NCBI GenBank assembly: GCA_010909165.1
Contig: MU008161.1
Span: 1,364,001-1,428,000 of the forward strand
Reading direction: 5' to 3'
DNA: 64,000 nt
From: Anthoceros angustus
Taxonomy: Eukaryota; Plantae; Anthocerotophyta
Positions 12,401 through 22,290 of this stretch are shown here, piece by piece. Below the pieces are notes generated by a model. That model did no database searches, had not been told where the DNA came from, and saw nothing but the letters and a program-made list of their open reading frames with translations. The position numbers and the translations under genes are program-made. Position 1 is the stretch's first letter, and each line of letters begins with the position of its first letter.

Positions 12401-13823
12401 TTACTATCTGTACAAGGAGCGTCCATATACCCAGCGCAATGGGGTGTTGGTCAGGGCGGATCTCTTTCTGATGCGGGGGGAGCAAATCTTTGTTGCGCAT
12501 GTCGTCGTAACAGACCCTGCCCAGAACTCCATTTGAGAGCATGTCATTATCAACCCTTCGGGCTCGGCGTCGGAGGGATAACACGATAATTTTTGAAGGG
12601 GGTTAATAATCTCGAAGGGGGTTTTCCGCAAATAATCTCTGAAGGGGGTTTTTGATGGGCCCTAAAACAGCGTTTTGAAGGCATTGCGGAAAATGAAAAA
12701 GGGTGTCACCCAAGAAAGTTACTACTTTCCATCCAAAGAATGTTTGTGTCGAATGGTGGTCGCAAACTCGAACCTAGGGAATGATGCAAAGTAGGAACGG
12801 TGAGGAAGGCCGTCCTCACGGCAGGACGATCAGAACTCGCTTTGGGATGGAAATGTGGTTTTGTTATGACACCACAAAAGCCACAGTGGTATTTGATATC
12901 CTTTCATCATGCTTGCCGTTACATCACCAGATGGGCTCCCTCCCCGGCTTTTATATTAAGCCTGCGGAATTTCGATCCACAAATTATGCAGGCACTTGGA
13001 GACATTATCAGGCTGGGGACCTTCGAGTGTGCTGCAGGGGGCCTTGCTCAACGGCAAGCGTCCCTTCCTATCCCTTTTGGGGGCATAGGTCTACTGGCCA
13101 TGGAGGCCTTGGCACCGGCGGCCTTCCTTGGTAGCTGGGCCCTTTCTACCCCCGTCTTCACCGCTCGTTTGTTAATCCATGATGTTCCCATCTTCAAGGC
13201 CTTCGTCTCGGGCGTTGAGGAGGGGGCCTTCCCTGCGTTTACAAGTTGGCGAGGACTCCCTTTCCTCCGAGGCTAGGGCGGCCATGCCTCCTTTCTTCGT
13301 CAGGGGGCCACGTGGCCTTGCCTTTCTCCGAGAAGTAATGCAGGCGGCGCAACGGCAATCCTTCCGACTCGCTATTTCCGCGCTTGTTTGTGCCTGCATC
13401 CGCTCTTCCTTGGGGAGGGGAGCAGGCTTCTGGCTTTTGGCTCAGTCTTGCGTCCAGGCATTTCGAATCGCACTAGCTTCTTTTTCTACTGCGATGAGGT
13501 TCACGAGTTTGGTCCAAATTTGGCCTTTTCTCTCTCAACCTTCAGCTATGGGCCCCCCCTCGACGACTCAGGTTCCCACCTGGCTCGTTGTCCAATTGGA
13601 GGAGAACGTATTGTTACTACGCGCGCGACATCATGTTCTCGATGGCCAAGGAGAGCGGTTACTATCCGTACAAGGAGCGTCCATATACCCAAAGAATGGG
13701 GTGTTGGTCGTATGGATCTCTTCGATGCGGGGAGCAAATCTTTGTTGCGCATGTCGCCGTAATGTAACCGAACTCCATTTGAGAGCATGTCATTATCAAC
13801 CCTTCGGCTGGCGTCGGAGGGAT
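9420..13823 (+). mobile_element. CRE/SLACS-clade non-LTR retrotransposon (RT + CCHC + restriction-like endonuclease), internally deleted and degenerate, in three overlapping tandem copies
   Basis: Frameshifted translation shows RT motifs (PITVEEAFLRSIGR; HQDWVALLVDIESAF; IPFIHSFYGSS), QASLPIPFGGIGLLAMEALAPAAFLGSWAL, the knuckle HLARCPIGGERIATHDAVRD and the RLE core RADLFL..GEQIFVAHVVVTDP. Copies span ~9420-10950, ~11010-12579 and 12886-13823. The YxDD region appears deleted in all of them. Confidence 0.85.
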
Positions 13824-16239
13824 AACACGATAATTTTTGAAGGGGTTAATAATCTCAAGGGGTTTTCCAAATAATCTACGAAGGGGTTTTGATGGGCCCT
13901 AAAGCAGCGTTTTGAAGGCATGGAAAACAGCCCAAAAAGGGTGTCACCCAAGAAAGTTACTACTTTCCATCCAAAGAATGTTTGTGTCGAATGGTGGTCG
14001 CAAACTCGAACCTAGGGAATGATGCAAAGTAGGAACGGTGAGGAAGGCCGTTCTGCCGCAAGGACGATCAGAACTCGCTTTGGGATGGAAATGTGGTTTT
14101 GTTATGACACCACAAAAGCCACGTGGTATTTCCTAACACGTAAACATCAAGAACCGGACTTACAACATTAACTCGGGACCCCGGAAAACGAGATTTCACT
14201 CATCCCGAGTTCAATCCATCGTCATCACTTGGTCCAAATTCTCCTCCATTGTCATCACTATCTTCGCCGACACTTTGACTCGCAGTTGTATGAAGCCACG
14301 CAACTCGCAGAGCTTATCCCTTATCGCTTTTTGTCCACCGTGACATGATGTTTCATGCTCAACACAAACCCATAATACAGATGACTGTTTCATCTACAAA
14401 TACCTCTGTATGTTTTTAGGTAATGGATCTTATTCCCTTTTTCCTCGGCATTGGACGGATGGGTTACCACTCTGGCGGACTATGTATTCTGCACATATCT
14501 CCTTCATACGCATCTGTGCTCGGTCCGATACTGGATAAGAAAGTGAGGTCGTGGTGCGTTAGCTTCACGTCAATGACCTCCCAATCCGTAATGGCCTAGT
14601 ATGCGTGTCCGTATTGCACGGCACCGCCGTAAACATCCCTCTCGGTTCCGTTATGTCCCCATTCATCCGTGCCATTTCCAGCTTGCCTTCCCGCATTTTG
14701 ATATGCCCCAAATACATATCACGTGGAGGTCCTCAATAATGCCTCATCTAGCAAAGCTTCATCCGCACTTGAAGTGGTCAGTCAGTATGATCCACTTCTA
14801 CACGTGAAAACCACTTCCAAGGACGTGTAGCACTAGCCCAATGTTATTCTCCACAATGATAGCAATCTCCTTCCGTCCACCCAAAAGGCTTCCCACCACT
14901 TGTACTCTTCAATACCACCTATGGACGCAAATCTTTTAACCCTTCCCGCAAATGGGCCACACCTTCCATCGGTGATAGGATACACTGCCCTTCTTGTCCC
15001 CCTAGCTTCACCCGCATGCACCGTAGGATGGTGCTAAGGAGGCGCCCGACCGGCGCCCTCCCCAAGATGCTCGCCATGGCGCCGGCCGGCCGGCGCCTCC
15101 CCTAGCACACCGCCCATGGCGCCGGCCGGCGCCTCCCCTAGCACACCCATGGGCCGGCCGGCGCCTCCCCTAACACACCACCGCCCACCCATGGGCGGCC
15201 GGCGCCCTCCCCTAGCACACCGCCCATGGGCGCCCGACCGGCGCCTCCCCTAGCACACCGCCCATGGCGCCGGCCGCGCCTCCCCTAGCACACCCATGGG
15301 CACCGGCCGGCCGCCTCCCCTAGCACACCACCCATGGGCGCCGGCCGGCGCCCTCCCCTAGCACACCACCCCACCCATGGGCTCCTCATAGGCTGTCTTC
15401 AAGAAAATATATATTTAGCGCCTCAAGAGATTGCAACTTGGGATTGTTGGTCAAGTGTTTGGGAAATAAGTGTAGTAATGAATAGGTTGCGTGTTCAAAC
15501 CTCGTCCTCTCAACTCAATTTTGTTGATTTTAAGGATGCTTGCATGGGCGCATGGGCAACTAACTTTGTTCATTTTAAGGACGCTAGCATTGCCTTAAAG
15601 CCCAAGTGGTTGCATTGAGTGCCGAAGGTTGAAGACCACGATGGCGACCTTTTGGATGAGGGTCACAGATGCTAGATGTCGGTGGCGCCGACACCGCCGG
15701 ACGGCCCAAGAATGGTACTATTGAAGACGAGCAAGCAATGGAGGAGAACGACAACTTCGAGGCGGAGGATATGGACCGCCTCCGAATATGGCGGTGGTAC
15801 TTGACTCGCCACGAAGGCATGGATGAGTCGCCGCACTCTTGAATGACTATTGTCGATGCTGATGACCACTTCCTCCTTTAGCAATTGTTTGTTGCAATGT
15901 TCTCACGACCACTGAAATGAGACTCCCGCTAGTACAAGATTGTTTTCATTGTGTTCCACCACTTGAAAGTAAAAGTTTTCGGTTGTAATAAACATATGAA
16001 AATGGCAGCCCTCTATGCATTCTACAAAAACGCAAACGGGCCCACACCCTACTGTGCTCCAGTTCTCGGGTGTAGACTTGAAAGTGCATCTTTTATCAAA
16101 GATATGACCTCGTAAAGGGTGTGTGCATTATCAAAGTAGGGCACATATGCTGTTCTAGGAAAGGTGTTCTTCGTGACAAGGGGGTGCTGTCTCGGCCGAA
16201 GGGGGTCAGTATATCCCCCCCTTCAAAAATTATCGTGTT
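13824..16239. mobile_element. Non-autonomous TIR DNA transposon (2416 bp) with 22-bp TIR AACACGATAATTTTTGAAGGGG and 4-bp TSD GGAT, inserted in the CRE ORF
   Basis: Left TIR starts at 13824 and its exact reverse complement ends at 16239. GGAT flanks both ends (13820-13823 and 16240-16243). Excision restores the CRE frame. A duplicated left end starts at 12580. Confidence 0.85.
15040..15385. repeat. GC-rich ~36-bp minisatellite (~9 units, CCATGGCGCCGGCCGGCGCCTCCCCTAGCACACCGC)
   Basis: Nine recurrences of the CTCCCCTAGC-type core (two variant) with GCCGGCCGGC palindromes, inside the TIR element. Confidence 0.92.
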
Positions 16240-16690
16240 GGATGCGCGACTGCCAAGGTACACAAGTGCACACCTTTGCAAGACGACCACGCCTTCATCC
16301 CCCTCGCCATTGAGACTCACGGGGCTATGCGCAAGGATTTTTCCTGGTTCATTAAGGATTGTGCTAAAGCCTACCACAGTCGTCGGAACGAGGTGGGTCC
16401 CCCTCCTTTCTCGGTGGTGGCTTTCTTTCGTCAGCGGGTATCCATCGCCTTGCAGAGGGCGCTGGCCTTTACAAGACGACAACGAGCGTAGGAGACGTGG
16501 CGTCATCGGCACCAGTTGAAGACAGGCCTTTCCTCATCTCGAACCACGACATAATCAGGTCGGTAGGTAGCTTCGAAGTTGGCATTTGTGGGGATAGCTC
16601 CCTTGGCTCTTGGCATTTTAATGGGTTGTCCCCCCTCGGTTCGGGGTAGATGGGTTTTTCCCATCTCTTCTTTTCAATAAAGTCTCCATT
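16240..16690 (+). mobile_element. 3' end of the CRE retroelement (RLE C-terminus plus 3' UTR)
   Basis: Reads GCATAKVHKCTPLQDDHAFIPLAIETHG...FFRQRVSIALQRALA, the typical RLE tail. It is followed by a stem-loop (16648-16666) and ATAAAGTCTCCATT. Confidence 0.85.
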
Positions 16691-17279
16691 TTAGTGCATT
16701 AACCTCTTTATCATTCCATCTACATCACATATGCATGTATGTACACACATCTACGATGATCTTTTTTTATTAATATAAAAAATATATAAATATGGCTAGT
16801 GGATGGTGTAATTGCAAATCAAACTCAAATCCAAGCTATATGTATGTTGCTTTTTGTTTCTTTTCTAAAAATATTATTTATTAAAAACAATAAATTTTAT
16901 TATCGAAAATAGGTTCTCTAATTATTTAATATTATTTATTTTAACTTAAAACCTTTACATACCATCACTAATATATGTGAGTTTATCCTTCATAGATGAT
17001 TAGTTGTCTCTATGAACTTAAATAATTTAGTTTTAATGTTTTCTTTCACACATCTTAGGCTAGGATTTATATTTGGGACAAGAGAGGTTATTGTATGCAT
17101 GAATAATGGATGTACTTGCCGCCTTTTCGTGCTGTCTTGAAACGGATGTACTTGCGACCTTTTGCTGCTGTCTCGATTTGAGCTTGTGCTTGTGATCTTG
17201 CCTATCTATGGGGTTTTGCCCCGCTTGTCTTATTACTTAATATATCCAGCTCCTTTCACAAAAATAACGGATGTACATA

Positions 17280-17670
17280 CCCTAAATGTTCAAATTGCCA
17301 CCACGATCATTTTTGAATGAGGTCCCCTGCAGGTTGGAATTGCCACCCCCTATCATTTTTGAAATTATGTAAAGGCTGAAATTACCACATACTAGCATGG
17401 TACGACTACCCTAACTCTGCAAGTTGGAATTGTGATCCCTTATCCTTTTTTATGTGTTTTGAGTTCATGTAAAGGTTGAAATTGCCACACACTAGTATGG
17501 TAACATGGTAATTATACTAAGATGGTACAATAATAATTATGAGAACTTGCCAATAAAGATCATTATAGTATATACCATACTAATGTTATAACTATGAGAT
17601 TTTACGATGGAGATCATTTACAGGTTAGAATTGTCACCCACTACCTATCTCTTTTTGAGTTCATATTAAA
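17280..17670. repeat. Degenerate repeats of an AGGTTG(G/A)AATTG(C/T)CAC motif in AT-rich DNA, probably transposon debris
   Basis: About six copies of the motif in a loose ~90-bp periodic pattern. Confidence 0.5.
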
Positions 17671-18201
17671 ATTAATTTAATTTAATTTAAATTATTATAA
17701 TATTAACTTTCTATACACTTGATATGTAGATATTACTGATATTATAGTTTAAAAACCTATTCGAAGTGTTACTTAACAAAGTAACCATTCGGGGGGTCCT
17801 ACCGACTACTACGTGACAAACTTTGTTTGGCTGAAGGAGGAAGCGATGAACGGTATTAGGAAATTACTTTAGAGGCTAACCTACGTTAGGCTGACTTGGA
17901 GTGGTGGTAAGCGGTATTCGTTATGGGCTAGAGACTGGAGGTGAGTTGAATTGAAGGTGGGCGGGAAGGATGTCCCGCTCACTGTTGCCGCAGATTTTGA
18001 ACCGAAATCCCGCACAAAGTCATTCAACACTCTGCCCAGCCCCGAGTCTCATGTCTCATGCTGTGCTTCTGCCCGCTGCAGCTCCCATTGCTCATTCGTC
18101 TCCTGCTATCAGTCTTGAGTGTGTGCTTCTCCTCCGCTCCGCCGGGCTGTTGTGCATTTCCAATTTCGTCTCCTGCCACAAGCTGTTGATTTCCTTTCAC
18201 C

Positions 18202-20522
18202 ATGAGGGGGATCACCAAGCGCGTTCAGCCACTGCAGTCGCTCAGCCCGTACCAGGACAATTGGACCACTAAGGTGCGGGTCACCAACAAGGGCGCGCTC
18301 AGGACTTACCGCAACGCGCGGGGAGAGGGCAGCGTGTTCAATGTGGAGCTCACCGATGAGGAGGTGAGCCTGTCTTGTCTCTCCCCGTGCTGGCGAAGGA
18401 GGATGGCGGCTGACTGTGGTGGGGTTGTTTCTCGCAGGGAACTCAGATCCAGGCTACCATGTTCAAAGAAGCTGCCGAGAGGTTTTACGAGAAATTTGAG
18501 CTCGGGAAGGTGGGTGGGCTTTGTATCTGAGTTGTGGGCGGTGGGCGTTTTTTCCAGCCGAACGAAACTGTTTCTGACCTTTGGTTTGCTCCGAAATGCA
18601 GCTGTATCTGATCTCCAAGGGCAGCCTTCGGATGGCCAATAAGCAGTTCTCGACGGTGAGAAACGATTATGAAATGACGCTGGACGCCAGGGCTGTTGTG
18701 GAGGAGATTGAGGAAGAGGAGGGTGCCATCGTCAAAATTCCCCTCGTGAAGTACAACTTTGTGACGATCGATGACCTGGGGCCCTTTGTCAATGCCCGGA
18801 AGTTAGTGGGTGAGTGATGGGGTGGCCATTTCGATTCTGGTGCGCGGTTGTTGGTTCCGAGTGGATTCTGCTGATTTCTTCTCTAGGGACACGTTCTTTA
18901 GTACGTAGTGGAGGTGAGCGTCATGAAATGCTGGTCCTTGACATAACAATCTCTTATTCCGCAGATGTGATCGGTGTCGTCCAAGACGTGAGCCAGACGG
19001 TAACCATCCGCCGGAAAAGTAACAACGAGGAGATTCCCAAACGTGACATCACAATTGCTGATCAGAGGTGAGAAGGAGTGAAAACCTGATTTCCTCTCTT
19101 GCTAGTTTTGGGGGTATCTTGTCTTGTGATGCGGAGAAATCTAATCTAACGTTTGTGGTCAATTTCTGATCTTGGAATTTGCAGCCAGAAGACTGTGGTT
19201 GTAAGCCTCTGGAATGACTTTGCAACGAAGCAGGGAGCGGAGCTGCTGGAGCTCTGTCAGAACAACAAGTCCCCTGTATTGGCTTTCAAGGGTCTCCGTG
19301 CAAGTGACTATCAAGGTAAAGCATGTTGCAGAAATCCGTTGTCTGTTTCAAGACGCTTATGCTTACATCGTCCTTACTTACCCATGCATCGTCCTTACTT
19401 ATCCATGCATCGTCCTTATTTATCCATGCTAAGGTTCTTCTCCCGTCTTATGTTGGCAGGAGTCTCGCTGTCCACGACTGTAAGTAGCATGGTGGCAATC
19501 AGCCCAGATGTCCCTGAGTCCGAAGCTCTTACGAAATGGTAAGTACTGCTCTGCTGACCCGGATTATGACTCAGCGACTGTGGCCTCAATCACCTCGCAT
19601 GTCCAATTCTCATCTTTTGTGGTTCGTGCAGGTATGCTGAGGTTGGCAAAGATGCGACAATGACCTCTGCGGGCGCTGGTATATCTGGGGGAGCTGGGAA
19701 AGGTCCCAGGTCCCTGTACTCTGAACGTGAGTGCCTGTCAAACATCACTTCACCGACGGTCGGTGATGAGAAGGTCCGTGCTGATGCTGATTCGTCTTGC
19801 AACTGCTTGATGCGCTGCTTGTCCTGGTGGCACCAGCTCAGTATTCCCATGTACTTCCTGCAGCCCGCGTACTTCAATGTGAAGGGCTACATCAGCTACA
19901 TCAAGCCAGAGCAGGCACTGTGGTACCTTGCCTGCGTCAAGTGCAACCGAAAGGTGACCGAAGAACACAGCTCTCAGTACTGGTGTGAAGGCTGCCAGAA
20001 GCATTCTGAAACTTGCAACCGCAGGTAGTTCTCGTTTTGAGTACGATTCCATCCTTCTACAGGTCCTGCTGCTGAACAATTAACCTGATGCATCTGTGTG
20101 ACCTGCAGATACATCTTATTAGCTAAGATGACAGATCGCACAGGGGAGGCCTGGATTTCAGCTTTCAACGAACAAGCTGAGCAGATTCTCCTGAAATCTG
20201 CAGATACTCTTGCTGAGTGGAGAGCGGTGAGTTGATTGTTCTTCCGCCCTGAGCTTCTGGGCAGCAAGGCCCACTTTCAGAAGAGATTTGTGCTGACGTT
20301 TCGGAATGGGCTCTTGTGCAGACTGATGAAGGACGTGTCGCCACCCACTTAAAACATGCCTGCTGGGTACCTTACATTCTGCGTGTCAGTGTCACCCAAC
20401 AAGAGTACATGAACGAGAAGCGCCAAAGGATCACTGTCCGCTCTGTCAGCCCAGTTGATTGGTCTGGTGAAAGCAAATTTTTGCTGGAGCAGATAGCTAG
20501 CTTGAAGGGTGTTTCTACGTAG
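18202..20522 (+). CDS. RPA1B: Replication protein A 70-kDa subunit, RPA1B/RPA70B type, multi-exon, apparently starting at DBD-A
   Basis: RVQPLQSLSPYQDNWTTKVRVTNKG..RNARGEGSVFNVELTDEE; DVIGVVQDVS..IRRKSNNEEIPKRDITIAD; KTVVVSLWND; zinc ribbon YLACVKCNRKV...YWCEGCQK; RVSVTQQEYMNEKRQRITVR. Splice sites are canonical. Stop TAG at 20520-20522. Confidence 0.94.
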
Positions 20523-20829
20523 AATTCCAAGAGCCCACAATTCAGAGCTTTGTAAATTTATCGGCGATAGAGTTTTAGAAGAGGAAGGGAAATCACATTT
20601 TGGTCTTGCCCATCCACAGTGGCGATGTGAAATTACTAGCCCACTGTCCTGTAAAAATATTCGATGTGACTGTTGGCTGACTCAAGGGCGAGGACAATGC
20701 ACAGGTATCGGCAGTCCACAAATCTCATGAATTCAGCGCAATATTGTGCGGAACAACGAGGATGAAATCGGCTTTTAACGGCGTCAATGCTACTGTCTCC
20801 GGACGAAGCCAAGCACGGCTCACGGGCAA

Positions 20830-21577
20830 AAGACTCTCAAGCCGTAAGCAGAGTCAAGTTGGGAAGTCACAGACTTCCCAGCTGAAGTGAAAGGATGAGG
20901 AAAGTGAAGGATGAAGGTCACAGGGAGGTGGGATAATTCTTGAGGTCTGGATCAGATCAGGCAGCACCCCAGACTTTGTTCTGCGACTGCCTCGGCGATC
21001 AATTCACAGTCAGGCAGTATGATTGGGTTTCTAGGTTTGCGGAGCCTGGAGGAGGAAGAGCAGAGGCTGCCTGGTGGATTTTGGCAGCCCAGTTCCCTCG
21101 CCAAGCGTCAGGAGGCTCAATTGCAGCTGCAGCACCGCATTAGGTCAGGCGCGAAAGACCAGTTCTAGAGATTGATGTTCGAGATCGGAGACAATTTTGC
21201 AGCAAGACTCTCAAGCCGTAAGCAGAGTCAAGTTGGGAAGTCACAGACTTCCCAGCTGAAGTGAAAGGATGAGGAAAGTGAAGGATGAAGGTCACAGGGA
21301 GGTGGGATAATTCTTGAGGTCTGGATCAGATCAGGCAGCACCCCAGACTTTGTTCTGCGACTGCCTCGGCGATCAATTCACAGTCAGGCAGTATGATTGC
21401 TCTAGGTTTGCGGAGCCTGGAGGAGGAAGAGCAGAGGCTGCCTGGTGGATTTTGGCAGCCCAGTTCCCTCGCCAAGCGTCAGGAGGCTCAATTGCAGCTG
21501 CAGCACCGCATTAGGTCAGGCGCGAAAGACCAGTTCTAGAGATTGATGTTCGAGATCGGAGACAATTTTTGCAGCAA
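20830..21577. repeat. Near-perfect 374-bp head-to-tail duplication
   Basis: 20830-21203 is repeated at 21204-21577 with only a small difference (GATTGGGTTTCTAGG vs GATTGCTCTAGG). Confidence 0.95.
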
Positions 21578-22290
21578 AGAAGACTTCAGACACCTGTCAG
21601 TGACCACCCAGTTCTGTAATTCCCGAGCAAAGTCTGAAGGTTGTCAGGGTAAGGTTAAGGGACACGACCCTTGTGGAATATGCGTCCAAAAGGAATGTCC
21701 GATGAGGATGTCCATGGATCCATGATATCCATGCATCTTGCTTGGCAACTGATCGACGTATGTACATCCATCCATCTTAGCAAGAAAGTGGCTGTCAGGC
21801 ATTAATTTGTACTGTATGTTTTCATTTGCCACGATCCTTTGAAATGAACAATACATAACAGTCATCGCCCTTCCTAGCCTCTTCGCTTGACACTCAGAAA
21901 GAGGTCCTAATTGAGTCCTACATGAGGTCGGGGTCGGATATTTTGAGGCTTATTTACGTTGGAAATGGTTATGTTGCTTGAGCGCAGAATCGTCTTACTA
22001 GGTAGCTGGTACCAAGTGGAATGACCCTATCGGTCACCACCTATGACCATAGCAGCAGCATGAGCAGTTGCTTTTCCAGTTGTTAAATTTCAATTTGCTA
22101 CTTGCGACTCAACGGTTTCTATACCGCGAGGTTTGTAGACTAGTGTTCGCCAGCACTACGAACAGCTGAACCTCGGGTGTGCGTTTCGTTGGCCTGCTCT
22201 GCTGGCTCACAAGTGCAAGACGGTCATTTCGCGTCTAGGAAGTTATTAAGAACCTAGTCTATGGCCTCAAGTCGGTCATTGGCTGAACCC

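Noticed and set aside
17080-17265. Possible LINE/SINE 3' tail (…TTAATATATCCAGCTCCTTTCACAAAAATAA)
   Set aside because: Only suggestive; no TSD or second copy in the window.
21640-21800. Minus-strand WISWIHGHPHRTFLL resembling a JAB/MPN H-x-H-P motif
   Set aside because: The frame is bounded by stops and lacks the downstream S-x2-D motif; likely chance.
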